A stretch of 44,812 bases of DNA from Octopus bimaculoides (taxonomy: Eukaryota). Below, piece after piece: positions 1 to 12,310 of this stretch (positions are counted from its first letter, which is position 1; each line of letters opens with the position of its first letter). The stretch is from positions 24,849,051 to 24,893,862 of the forward strand of contig NC_068986.1 of assembly GCF_001194135.2 (NCBI RefSeq). Reading direction: 5' to 3'. A program made the position numbers and the translations under genes. A model generated the notes under the pieces. That model was not told where the DNA came from. It searched no databases and worked only from the letters and a program-made list of their open reading frames with translations.

Positions 1-354
1 GCTACCCACGTTTTAACACCGGCGTTTCGACGAGCTTCGGGCAGGACGCATCGTTAAAACGGCTCATCCCATGGACCGCAGATTAAATTTGTATACGCAA
101 ATTAAATCTAGCCATGGAGGAATGTAGTGGCGGACAAAAAACAAGACAGGAAAACAAACAGAAAAGGCTTTACGGCCAGACGAGAAAAATTATGTGTGTA
201 TGAACGCTATGAAGCACGAACTTGAAAGGGACGAGGTGGTTCGTGTGTTTGCTCGGCGATAGCCAAGGAAGGAAAGGATTATTGACCGGAAGCATGTGAC
301 CATGCCGGTGTAAAGGGAAGAGAGAGAGTGGTAGAGGGAGAAATATATATATAT

Positions 355-525
355 AGGTAGTGTTTATCGCCACTTTAACGTGAGTGTTTTGTAAGGGACG
401 ACGACACCGCTGTTTTAACGCCAGGAAGACATCTCCTCCAGCTGGTTCATTAAGCGCACATTCTACGCTTGATATATATATATTGTAAGCGGGAGATAAC
501 TGCCACCAGACCACGTGATTTCGAT
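355..525 (-). repeat. Unclassified interspersed repeat fragment, homologous to 13232-13400
   Basis: The reverse complement (agaatgtgcgcttaatgaaccagctggaggagatgtcttcctgg) aligns by eye with 13301-13350 (agaatatgcattgttagccagctggaggagatttattcctga), and similarity continues on both sides. Confidence 0.55.
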
Positions 526-574
526 CTAATTGGATCTCTTCGGTGATGGGCATTCGTTTCCCAGGCATGGAAGC

Positions 575-577
<3 letters not shown>

Positions 578-620
<43 letters not shown>

Positions 621-650
621 CGTGCGTGCGTGTGTGCGTGCGTGCGTGCG
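578..650. repeat. (TG)n/(TGCG)n microsatellite
   Basis: Seen directly in the sequence. Confidence 0.95.
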
Positions 651-667
651 TAAGTATGTATATACAG

Positions 668-875
668 TCTTTTATTCTTTTACTTGTTTCAATCATTGGA
701 CTGCGCCCATGATGGGGCACGATCTTGAAGAGCTTAGTCGAACAAATCAACCCCAATAATTTTTGTCTACCAAATCCACTCACAAGGCGTTGGTCAGCCC
801 GAAGCTATAGTAGAAGACACTTGCCCAAGGTGCCACGCAGTGAGACTGAACCAGAACCATGTGGTTGGTAAGCAC
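668..875 (-). mobile_element. tRNA-derived SINE family B, internally deleted
   Basis: Contains the reverse complement of gtggcaccttgggcaagtgtcttctactatag (CORE-like CCTTGGGCAAG motif), which also occurs at about 41300-41330, plus the family B tail (tttacttgtttcaatcattggactgcg). Confidence 0.8.
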
Positions 876-1134
876 ATATATATATATATATATANNNNNN
901 NNNNNNNNNNNNNNNNNNNNNNNNNNNNNNNNNNNNNNNNNNNNNNNNNNNNNNNNNNNNNNNNNNNNNNNNNNNNNNNNNNNNNNNNNNNNNNNNNNNN
1001 NNNNNNNNNNNNNTATATATCGTCCGGTGTATATATGTGTTTATATGTAACAGTTTGACTCAGCTCCATTCAACTTATACTTTCGTAGGCTCATAGAACG
1101 AACTATTTTCGTCATGCATGTAGAGGACATGTGT

Positions 1135-1230
1135 ATGTGTGTGTATGTATGTATGTATGTATGTATGTATGTATGTATGTATATATGTATGTGTGTGTGT
1201 GTTTGAGTGTGCGTGTGTGTGCGCGCGCGT
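1135..1230. repeat. Compound (TATG)n/(TG)n microsatellite
   Basis: Seen directly in the sequence. Confidence 0.9.
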
Positions 1231-2227
1231 TGAAAAACAGGTAGCTCTACATATTGATAAATCGATGGATACAAACGAATGCGTCTATACGCGCACAGTT
1301 TAGTGGAAACGTGTGGCACACCAACTTTCTCCAATCCGATTCATTTAGTGGCCCTAAGGTATGTTAATACATCTATTTCTTTTTGTTCTATGTGAATGCC
1401 CCGGAGGGAAGGCCCATGTCTATGGTTTTCACAGGTCTTTTAAGACTGGTGAAATAGATGCAGCCTATGTTCCTCTTGAATATAACTATATACTTTTCTG
1501 ATTCGTTGTCAAGACCAAATAACTGATTCCTTCGTGACAACTTTTTCACTTGTTTATGTAGTTTTCAGTCAGCATTACTATATTTCATCTTCCGCAAGCT
1601 AAAATCTCATATGATACAATTTTCACTTGCACTGGTTTTTGTGTGTTTTTCTCTCAACCTATGATTACAGTTTTCATTTCAGCTCTCCGATATCCTGGAG
1701 CATATTTGTGAGCTTCCAGAAACCATATATTTGATTATGTAACCGTTTTGTTTATCACGTATGGCGCATTATATTGATCGATACTTTCTTATCATAAGAT
1801 TTGAACAGAACTTTACAATCTAATTTAGTTAGTAATCAAACAGGATTGATAGTTGTACAGATAATGGCATATGATTTTATGTTATTTCTGTTTATCTGCA
1901 TCAAGATACTTGCCTCAAAGAATTTTGTTTCCTAAGGAGAAATCACTTACTTTTAATATCAAACTTTGTTTTGAATATGTAAATATTTGTATTAAATTTG
2001 AATGGAATTTTCCTCAACAGCTGCTCTTCGTTGTAAATGAGTTTTCCTTTTACATATTTATCATTTAATCTGACTAGCTGGAGATCTCGAAAATATTTCT
2101 TGATTTTACCATTCTTTCTGTATTTACTTTGCCTTACGCAATAGTTAACTGACTTTTCTTGGCATCAATGAATCCATCTTTTTAAAAAAATATATTACAA
2201 TCAAATTTAATTTAATGTATTCGCTGA

Positions 2228-2370
2228 AGGCGGAGAACTGGCAGATTCGTCAGCACACAAGGCAAGATACTTAGTGACATTTTGTCCGACTTTAGGTTTT
2301 GAGTTCAGGTTCCGCTGTAGTAGACTTTGCCTTCCATCCTTTTGCGATCGATAAAATACGTTTCACTTAT
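2228..2370 (+). mobile_element. SINE family A, diverged
   Basis: Head aggcggagaactggcagattcg, B-box-like gagttcaggttcc and gactttgccttccatcc match the near-consensus copy at 16797. Confidence 0.8.
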
Positions 2371-2435
2371 TCACTGGAATCGATGCAATTTCTGGCCTTG
2401 TGCCAAAATCAAAAACAGTCACTGCGAATTCGTTG

Positions 2436-2640
2436 GGCAGAGAGCTGTTAGGATCGTTGAAACGTCAGGTGGTACTTCTTCCGACTCACTACGTTCTGAG
2501 TTCAAATTCCACGGAAGTTGACTTTGCTTTTCATCATTTCGGGGTTTATTTAAAAAGTATCAATTCAGCGCCGGAGTTAATGCAATCGACTTTCCACTCT
2601 TCGAAAGAATGCTGGTCTCCGGCCATGATTAGAAAAATAA
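2436..2640 (+). mobile_element. SINE family A, diverged
   Basis: acgttctgagttcaaattcc...gactttgcttttcatcatttcgggg matches family A. Confidence 0.8.
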
Positions 2641-2806
2641 AAAGAATTATCATGTATTCGTAGGGCAGAAAATCGTTAGAAAGTCGGAAAAGGTGCTTTG
2701 CAAGTTTCTTCCGCTTTAATGACTTGTTCTTCTTTATGCCGTAGCACCGGTGGAGTGCCAGGTATGTGGTAAAATAAGGTTCGGGAGGTCAGGGCTCAAA
2801 GGGTTA

Positions 2807-2925
2807 AGGCGGTGAGATGGCATGGTCGTTAGCACGCCGAGCAAGACGCTTAGGGCATTTTTGTCCATCTTTATATTCTGAGTTCAAATTCCGCTGAGAT
2901 CGCTTTTACCTTTCATCCTTTCACG
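2807..2925 (+). mobile_element. SINE family A, 5' half
   Basis: aaggcggtgagatggc...ttctgagttcaaattccgctgag...cctttcatccttt. Confidence 0.85.
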
Positions 2926-2954
2926 ATGGTGGTGGTGGTGGGGAGGTCAATAAA

Positions 2955-3017
2955 AGACGGATGAAATATCGTTAAGCATTTTGACAGTATGGTAACGATT
3001 CTATCAGCTCGGCCTTC
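2955..3017 (-). mobile_element. SINE family A head fragment, inverted
   Basis: gacggatgaaatatcgttaagcatttt...aacgattctatcagctcggccttc is the reverse complement of the family A head. Confidence 0.75.
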
Positions 3018-3794
3018 ACAGAATTCATAACCTTTATTTAAAAAATTGTTTGCTGTTACGACTCAGCTACTACGCGGCAAATATTCGATATCACTTATAT
3101 TCATTCAAATTTTAAGTTAATAGAGTTGACATAGTTCTCTTACATACAGAGCAACAAGCTTTAAGATTCCTCCCATAATGAATAAGCTTTATTAAAAAAA
3201 ATTATTTTAGATAGTCATCGAAATATTCAATATTAAAGAATTTTCAAACAGTCATAAATAATCAAATATTCTGCCTTTTCTACAATATAGGATGGGTGGA
3301 ATATTTTTACTTCATTTAAAATATTATGCAAGTCATACCCTGAAAGACATTTTACACCGGTCATTGTTACTTTACTCGAAAGCTGCCTTTTAATTAACAT
3401 TTTTATTCACCAATATACAATCCAACAAATATGAACAACATTTTCTATGCTCTCATTATATTGATTTCTTTCCAATTCAACTCGGGGAAATATTCCCATT
3501 CTCCACGCTTCGATAAACAACCTCTGCTCGGGTATCTCAATAGCTGCATTTTCAGATTCATATGATCAGTAATCCCTGACTACATGTTAAAATTCTCTGT
3601 CACAATCTCTCTGCTACCTACACACATTGTTTGACATTTAAACAGACTAACTTTTCGGTATACAGTCAAATGTATGCTGATTAATTTTAGCAACAAATAC
3701 GTTTCTTTTCTATGCCTATTCAATACAACCAGCAATTCTCAAGTAAATACACATGGAAACGTGTTACGGCACCGAAGGTATAACAGACAGATTA

Positions 3795-4011
3795 TATTGG
3801 TTTTGAATGTTGGTACAAGGCCAGCACTCAAGGAAAGGGGTTTTGTCGATTACATCGACCCCAGTACGCAACTTGTACTTAATGTATCGATCCCGAAAGC
3901 ATAAAAGGCAAAGTCAACCTCAGCAGAATTTGAACTCAGAATGTAAAGTCGGATGAAATGCCGCTGAGCATTTTACCCGGTGCGGTAACGACTATGCCAG
4001 CATGCCGCCTT
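3795..4011 (-). mobile_element. SINE family A, full length
   Basis: aaaggcaaagtcaacctcagcagaatttgaactcagaa...gccagcatgccgcctt. Confidence 0.9.
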
Positions 4012-4024
4012 CACAATATACATA

Positions 4025-4242
4025 TATTGGTTTCAATTTTTGGCACAAAGCCAGTAATTTCGGAGAGGGATTAAATCGATTACATCGACCCCAGTGCTCA
4101 ACTGGTAATTTAATTTATCGACCCCGAAAGAATGAGAGGCAAAGTCGACTTCGGCAATATTTGAACTCAGAGCATAAAGACAGATGAAGTGCCGCTAAGC
4201 ATTTTACCCGGCGAAGCAACGATGCTGTCGGCTCGCAGCCTT
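4025..4242 (-). mobile_element. SINE family A, full length, in tandem with the previous copy
   Basis: aggcaaagtcgacttcggcaatatttgaactcagag...ggctcgcagcctt. Confidence 0.9.
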
Positions 4243-4588
4243 CAAAGTATACATTTACTGATAGACTAAGTTGCTCTCCGATATAAAAGGGGAAAGCGAT
4301 GTCTGCAAAAAAGAAAAAAAATAGCTGCAATGCGAATAATATAAAATCAAATGACCCCTCTCAGCAATATTCATAGTCACAGTTCAATGTTGCTACGTGC
4401 CTGCTATTTCTAGATATGTCGATCATCCTTATCTTGACAACTCAGTAGAATAGGTTTCGCTAAAGAGATCTATCAAAACTGAAACATGTTATTTGTTTTT
4501 ACCAGTTACCTTTGAACACATGATACATACAAATCTGCATATACTATAGTGTCCCAAAAATGTCGATAAACTTGCACATATATGTGTG

Positions 4589-4640
<52 letters not shown>

Positions 4641-5219
4641 CGCTATTTGCTATGTCTACAGCGTGATGGGAAATTAGCAATTGCATATTTCTTCTTTAAG
4701 CGTCAAGGCAGGTTCACATGCAAAATATGTATGTCTTACCTATGATATGCATTACAATGCCCACCATATTTTGCGTTTGAACCTGACTAGACATGTTTAG
4801 AATAAATATAGATACACATAAGAATAGATATACATATACATGTTTGAGTATTCTGTGTCTGTGTGTATGTGACACTTTTATTTTTGCATTTTACTGAGGT
4901 TAGATGTACTTGGCAAAACATATCTATAGCTTTCTGAAATTCACCCGATCAATTTGTCGTTCTGCAGGTTTTCACGCTTTCTCAAGAAAATCGAATATGA
5001 AGTAAAGCTACACACAAAGGAATGTAGAAATATCTTATTACGTGAGAACTACATATATTTCACAAAACTAAGACTGCATCACAAAGACTTCTTAATATTA
5101 GGAAATACTTCAGTTTTAAACTGTGGTTGATCTGATACCCCTAAAGTTATTTTAAAACTTTGTGTTGAGTAATTTATCCCTTTTTTTCTCCGGAGTTATT
5201 ACATTATTGTGAAAGTTCA

Positions 5220-5450
5220 TAGCCTAGTGGTTCAAGTGTTTTCTACAAGATCGTAGTTTCAAGTTTCTGATCAGCCCGTGCATGGTGTTCTTCAGCAAAA
5301 CGCTTCATTTCACGTTACACAAGTCCACTCTACTGTAAATGACTCACCTTACGAAAAATTAGCCTCATGCTGAGGGAAAATGTTATAATTCCGGTCTCTT
5401 ATATGCCATGAAAACCGAGTAACCGACCCTATGAGTTCTAGGGCTTTAAA
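5220..5450 (+). mobile_element. Old tRNA-headed SINE, family C-like
   Basis: A-box-like gcctagtggtt followed by tggtgttcttcagcaaaacgcttcatttcacgtt, resembling the family C body (gtgtttattgagcgaaaaca). Confidence 0.55.
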
Positions 5451-5476
5451 AAGTAATGTCCAAGGAATTTACTTTA

Positions 5477-5514
<38 letters not shown>

Positions 5515-6404
5515 TAAACTCTTCCCAGTTATCTATTCCGAATATTAAGACATTCAAAATAAATATTAACAATATTAACTTCATTCAGTTTTTTTGTTTG
5601 TTTTTTATTCTCCATATCATTTAAGTTTGGAAAAGTAAAATTAATCAATAAAATCCTTTAGATGTTTTGCAAACAACTTGCACATGCAAGTGCTACCAGT
5701 TTAAAGCTCTACACACCGGAAGCCAACAATGTATGGAGTCATCAAGAGAGAATGCGCACCGTTTCGAGGCCTACTTCTCGACGGCATCATTGCGCACCGG
5801 GCCCCCATACTGATATGAGGCTCCGCTTGCTAGATCAACTGTTTATCAAATAAAGCTCAATATTCTTCTAGCCATCGCTCATCGTCTCTTTTTAACCAGG
5901 TCCAGTGGCTAGCCTTATACATTTGTATTTGTCTTGTAGAGTTCATGATGTGATTCCTGCATTGAAACAGAATTTTGTTAACTCTTGGAAGGAGTGTGCC
6001 AGTAACAAACAGACGCACTGGAAATTATGTTTATATTAGTGTTATGACTCCACTCCAAAGATACAATAAAATATTGTTTGCTTTTAACCAGTGCTTTTCA
6101 AACGAAGTCCACATGATACGGGGTGGGGCCCATATAAGATTTTGCTGATAAATTTTATGTGCAATAAATTGGTCATACGTCTACAATATACAAAACGATT
6201 TAACAATTTTTTTATACAATTCCTATTAATATTTAATTACAAAAATATAATGAGGTTTTTTCAAACATCGAATAGCTTTGAAGGTCCACCCGAGTAAAAT
6301 AGGTAACAAAAGGTAAAAAAAATGATAACAAGTGGTTGAGAACAAGTGGCTTTTAACCAATAATGTTTTGTTTTTTGTTTTCATTTTCCACAATTTTGAA
6401 GAAA

Positions 6405-6547
6405 GACGTTTGACTGGTACTTATTTTATTGACTCTGATGAGATAAAAGTCAAAGTTGATCGAGGCGGGATTTGAAATCAAAACGTAAAGAGCCAAAATA
6501 ACTACAGCAAATGCATTTATCTGACATTTTATCGAATTTACCAACCC
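6405..6547 (-). mobile_element. SINE family A, degenerate
   Basis: actggtacttattttattgac...aaaagtcaaagttgatcgaggcgggatttgaaatcaaaacgtaaag. Confidence 0.7.
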
Positions 6548-7664
6548 TCAACTCCATGTTTTTAACTAGTTATATTCTCATTTTTCTATATAGTTTATGC
6601 ATCTCCATTTAATTCATTATATTCTAATTTGTTCTGGTCAAGCAGATAAGAATAAATGAAAAAAAAGTGTTACACGGATTTAAGTTTTAATCTGAACACA
6701 TTTTTCCGATTGGTTTCAAGTGTACAGGATGATTTTAGAACTATTTTTTACGTGAGTAGTAGTGAGAGTAAAAATTCTTAGTCAAGCAGAGATAACATTT
6801 AGATGGCATTAATAAAGTATCTCGACCCATCATATGTCTCAAAGGGAAACGCTTCAATGTTTTTCAATAGAGTGCAAACAACAAAGCATTATTAAAATGG
6901 AATTGTCCTGGGTGACTTACTCGAAACATTTCACAAGAGACGTAGATCTGTAATTTATTCCAATTTAACATGAAAAGAAATAAAATCAAAGACAAACACT
7001 TCTGAAATAAATGAAGACATAATTTCAAACTAAAAATTATTTCGTTTCTTTAGAACTATTTCTAAACAACTGAGAATAAAATCTGTGAAAAAAAAAAAAG
7101 CATTTTCTTTTTCTCTTCTCACTTCTTTGGCACCAAAGTCCTGTTAAATCGATTTTAGAATTAAGAATATGTGATGCATAGCTTAATGTCTCGTAATTAA
7201 ATGTTCTTAAAGAATTCCAGCTCTTTAATATAATGTCGACATCAAATGCACTTTGATAAACTGCATTTGATTCATTAAAAATGAGTTTATAAGTACCCGA
7301 AACAGCAATTTCTTCCTTATTTATTTATTAATTTATGTATATTTCTTTTATATTAATATTTTTGTTTAATTATTTTTGTCATTTATTTCCACCACCAACC
7401 AGACATCTGTAACCCTTCTTTCTGAACATCAGCAGCCTTATCGTCACTCAACCATAACCTCTTTCTATTTCAAGAAGGTTTATTTCAAAGTTAAGATCAG
7501 ATCTCTTTCTTTCTGAACCAACGACTAGAATAAATTACAATACTATTTGAAAGAAAAAGATCTAAATCAGGAAAAAAAAACAGAATTTTTTTTCTTCTCT
7601 CTTCCATATTATCACCAATCAGCACCTTATCATGTTCACCGAACTGAATCCTAAAGTTTCCCTC

Positions 7665-7880
7665 ATTCACACACACACACAAGCATACACATACACACAC
7701 ACACACTCACACACACACACTCACACACGCACACACACGCACGCACACATGCACACATGCACACACGCTCATATGCATGCATATATTCTGTGTATATAGA
7801 CATCCAGATGCACATAAATGTGTGCGTGTATATATATATGTATTATGGATGTATGTATGCATGTATGTATGTATATATGC

Positions 7881-7922
<42 letters not shown>
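7665..7922. repeat. (CA)n then (TATG)n/(TA)n microsatellites ending at a gap
   Basis: Seen directly; N-gap follows at 7923-8145. Confidence 0.9.
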
Positions 7923-8174
7923 NNNNNNNNNNNNNNNNNNNNNNNNNNNNNNNNNNNNNNNNNNNNNNNNNNNNNNNNNNNNNNNNNNNNNNNNNNNNNN
8001 NNNNNNNNNNNNNNNNNNNNNNNNNNNNNNNNNNNNNNNNNNNNNNNNNNNNNNNNNNNNNNNNNNNNNNNNNNNNNNNNNNNNNNNNNNNNNNNNNNNN
8101 NNNNNNNNNNNNNNNNNNNNNNNNNNNNNNNNNNNNNNNNNNNNNTATATATATTATATGTATATATATTTATA

Positions 8175-8770
8175 TGAAATCTGCGATGAGTAAATTATCG
8201 CCATTTTATATATTTTAACTTCGCGCATCATGTGCATTGTATGTTTTTGATTTTGTCGACTACACAGTATAGTATGGTCAGTTGGGCACCGTCTGTAAGA
8301 AAAAACATGACGCAATTCACTTTGCCAGAAATTTGGAAACGATATGCTGTATTGCTTGACATCCGCGCCAGAAGCTTCAATGCAAACATGGGTGTCAATC
8401 GGAGGACAGTGCAATCTGAGGACATGTACCGAGAGTGATAAAAATCAAACATCCAGTCATCATCATCGTGTTTGGAGTCATCACTAGTGATGGCGACGTT
8501 ATACCACCATTCATCTTCCCACACGGCCTCAGACTCAACACGGAAGCCTACATCAAGTGCCTGGAGGAGGTAGTGCTGCCCTGAGTCAATAGGGTGGCTA
8601 CTGGAGGACCCTATGTCTGTCAACAGGGTTCTGCATCATGTCACACAAGCTGGAGAACCCACTCATGGCTGTCACACAATGCATCCAGAATGCATCCCTC
8701 TTGATTATTACGCGTAAGACGCAGTTGAGCGAAAGAACAACAAAACATCTTTGTAACGCTAAAGATATAT
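8175..8770 (+). mobile_element. Internally deleted Tc1/mariner (maT/DD37D-like) transposon remnant
   Basis: N-terminus MTQFTLPEIWKRYAVLL starts at 8307. From 8441 the catalytic region reads KIKHPVIIIVFGVITSDGDVIPPFIFPHGLRLNTEAYIKCLEEVVLP*VNRVATGGPYVCQQGSASCHTS, then LDYY after a frameshift. It is homologous to the 28-kb element and carries stops and frameshifts. Ends approximate. Confidence 0.9.
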
Positions 8771-9604
8771 ATGGAGGAGGAGGGGTAAACAAAGAGAGAA
8801 AGAGAGAAACAATCAAGAATTCATAGAAAATGGCGGACGGATAGTTATAGCTTCACCAATGTGTGTGTGTGTGTGTACATAACCTTGGCTGTGTTCGCAT
8901 TGTACAATAAGGACAAGGACACAAACATTTAAACATTGCTTTTTTTCTGTCTTTATTTTTTTGGGAAATGCAGTTTATAGTTTGAATAATTCTAGCCACA
9001 ATCTCATTTATTGTAATGAAATCAGTATTAATACTGAATATGAATAAGAGAAGGAAATAATGTCTAAATATAAATGTGATTTTGTTCACTTGAATGACTA
9101 CCAGCAAAAATACAAAACTACATCTTAAAATATATAGAATCAAAATGATAATTCAAATATGAAATACTATTGTCTCAGAGATGGAGACACGTATATAGAA
9201 ATTAATTTCACCCATCCAAATAGCTTTATTCTTAAGCAAGATTAAAACGCACATAAATCTTCTGGGAACGAAAGCTTCCAATGGAACACGTTTACTACGA
9301 CTTTTCATTAGAAGTCGCAGAATTCTCTCAGGTGAATTTCCATATTTCTCTTTCCTACGTTATTTAATTATCATTTGAAATCTCCTGGAATGTTAAAATT
9401 ATGAACGGTTGAAAAATAGAACAGCTGCAAATCAATAATTATTATAATACAATATAGACAAAAGCTTAATTTTAGAATATTTATGAAAGAATTGTGAATA
9501 TATTTATTGGACATATGTTAAATGTCTATAAATAACAAAGATTGAGTTCAGTGGAAAGGTTAAGAGTGAATTTTTTTTTTATTTTTTACCATTTTTATTT
9601 ATTT

Positions 9605-9816
9605 TTTTATCTTTCACCTGTTTCAGTCATTGTAATGCGGCCGTACTGGGGCATAGCTTTGAAGGGTTTTAATTGAACAAATTGCTCCCAGTGCCTAGGT
9701 TTTTTTTTAATCTGGTATTTATTCTTTCATTCTTTTTGTTGAACTGCTAAGATCGGCAAACGTAAACAAACTAGCTCTTGTTGTCAAGAGGTGGAGCGGT
9801 GGACAAACATACACAA

Positions 9817-9830
<14 letters not shown>
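9605..9830 (-). mobile_element. SINE family B 3' part
   Basis: tgtttcagtcattgtaatgcggccgtactggggca is the reverse complement of the family B tail seen at 41710-41750. Confidence 0.75.
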
Positions 9831-9884
<54 letters not shown>

Positions 9885-10744
9885 CCTCCGTCTTTTTTTA
9901 AACGGTGGGTGGGAGTTGAGAAACATTTCACTGCTATTTCTAGCATATCAAGTTTCTACTTTAAGACTTCCTTATTGCTTCTGTAATTCCTCACTTGGTG
10001 TCCTTAATCAGGTTAGATGTAATCTTGTGGAGAGATATTTTAGTTTAGAAATTAGCAGCCATTATGACGTTGATCCGAAACTAAATCGATGTTAATTATA
10101 AATAATGCAAAGCAATTCACTGAACTTATTTATTCAACGACGCCAACTGCACAAAAAACAATAATGAAAATAGTGTTAAAAGAATGTGAGCATCAAAAAT
10201 TCAATTTGAAAAATTTATTCGATGAAGAAAAAGCAATATTATCTTACATAATAGAGGTAGACAACTTCCGGAATGTTTCGGTTGTACTTAACCTCCTCAG
10301 CTAAGCATATATTTCACCGTACTTGCCGAAGTAGTGACGAGTATGCAGGGGAAGTCATGTATTATGCTGTGACGTCTGCATAATACACCTAATCCTCAAT
10401 ATATGAAAGCTGTTAGAACAAGCTTAACTGTTTAATCATATAACGATCGACGGAAATTGTCTTGTGGTTCCACCCGCTTAGTTACGTTTACGTCAGTGTT
10501 AATAAACTTACTGCAGGAAGACTGGTTTTATCTACAACGAAGAAGACAAAAACATTAGCTGAATGCTTAAATCTAATCAAAACAAGAGTTATAACTCCCG
10601 GATCTTGATTAATTAAAATTAGAACTACGCATGCGCTAATGGGTGGAAAGCATTAACGCAAGCTCTAATTATTAATTAAATCTGTTTTATTATTTAAGTA
10701 CGTTAGCACTACTGACTTACCTAATTAATCAATTCTAACGTAGG

Positions 10745-10870
10745 TAGAAAGACTTTGAGGGAAAGAGTTAGTTTCAACGACCCCAAAATTTGATTGCTAC
10801 TATACATTTTATCGATTCCGACAGGTTGGAAAGGTAAAATTAGATTCGGAAAGATTTGATCGCTGAACTG
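10745..10870 (-). mobile_element. SINE family A fragment, degenerate
   Basis: cattttatcgattccgacaggttggaaaggtaaaattagattcgg. Confidence 0.55.
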
Positions 10871-11013
10871 ACTTAACTAATTGATGATAATTAATGATAG
10901 CTAATCTCTTAATAGAAATTTCTAGATCATTTCTTCCTAGGCAGTAAAATGACACGTTCTTTTGAGTGTCAGACAAAATACCTTCTGGTGCTTGTTCCAG
11001 CTCTCTGAGTTCT

Positions 11014-11019
<6 letters not shown>

Positions 11020-11093
<74 letters not shown>

Positions 11094-11269
11094 GTTCTGT
11101 GTATGTGCGAGTGTGTGTGTGTGCGTGTGTAGGTGTGAGTGAATAAGTGTCTGTATATTCAAATGCCATCGAGATCGTCTTTGCCTTTCGACCTTTCGGA
11201 AAAGATAAAGAAAAACCAATCGAGTACAGAAATTGTGTCCTCTTCCTTCTCCTCCACCTCCTCTCTCTT

Positions 11270-11363
<94 letters not shown>

Positions 11364-11402
11364 CCATTCTCCGTCTCTCCCTCCTTCCCGTTACCCCTCT
11401 GT

Positions 11403-11440
<38 letters not shown>

Positions 11441-11620
11441 GTTTCTCTTTCTCCCTCTCTGTCCATTTTCTGTATTTCTTTCCCTTTCTCTTCCTACCTT
11501 TCCCTCCATTTCCCTCTACTTCCCTCTTTATCCCTTTCTCTCCCCTCTCTTTAGCTCCCCCCTCTCTCTCTCTATCTCTTTCTTTCTCCTCTTTTTCTCC
11601 TTCTATCCCGCTCATTTTCT
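11020..11620. repeat. Long (CT)n and degenerate polypyrimidine tract
   Basis: Seen directly; it explains the ER- and LS-repeat ORFs at 10809-11727. Confidence 0.95.
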
Positions 11621-12279
11621 TGCTTTCTGTCTTGGAATCGACTACTTCTAAGAGGCCAAAGCAGAAATGTTCACATTATGGTCTCATTAACCCTTTCATC
11701 ACGACTACTTTGTGGACGATTAAATAGAAAAAAAGAAAACAATGGCCGCATCATTAGTCCAATGCCGACTATAAATTCTCGCAAGGACACTTCACCTGGT
11801 CACAGACTGCAGAATTTATTTTCATAGATAGAATTCATAACCGAAAAGTGTCAGGTTATAGATACCTTGAAATTCTAGATTAAAAGCCCAACAAAGGGGT
11901 AACATAGAAAACAGAAGAAGAACAATAAATATCACCATTACTCCAAATAGATCTTCAAAAGTCTGTTTAAGTTAACTATGGTAACACTGATATTATGACA
12001 TTTTTTACTTTCATGTGTTAATCTACATATCGAAACGTTTATTCCGTCGTGAATAATGGATAATTCAGCACCACGCTTGCCCGGTCATCGATCAACGCAC
12101 AGACACTTCAACTAATGTTAAAGTATTACTGTCATTAAGAGCAAATATAATCTATAAATGTGGATCGATATATCATGCTCAGCTGACACTGATATTTATG
12201 TAAAAGAAATAAAATGGCAATCGAAGTATAAAAGCTTAGATATTGATATAAAATACTTTTATATCTATCTATCTGTCTA

Positions 12280-12310
<31 letters not shown>

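Noticed and set aside
9-45. Minus-strand ...ctgcccgaagctcgtcgaaacgccggtgtt resembling a minimal Penelope hammerhead
   Set aside because: The CUGANGA core is broken and stem I cannot close next to it.
4968-5041. Possible exon after tttgtcgttctgcAG
   Set aside because: Weak donors and an unrecognised peptide.
5940-6040. Possible exon after tttgtcttgtAG (VHDVIPALKQNFVNSWKE)
   Set aside because: No good donor before the stop, and the peptide is unrecognised.
10089-10304. 71-aa ORF with protein-like composition
   Set aside because: No recognisable motif or splice context, and the length is compatible with chance.
11738-11763. Sox-like AACAATGG with a nearby CCAAT
   Set aside because: Isolated short motifs are expected by chance in 45 kb.
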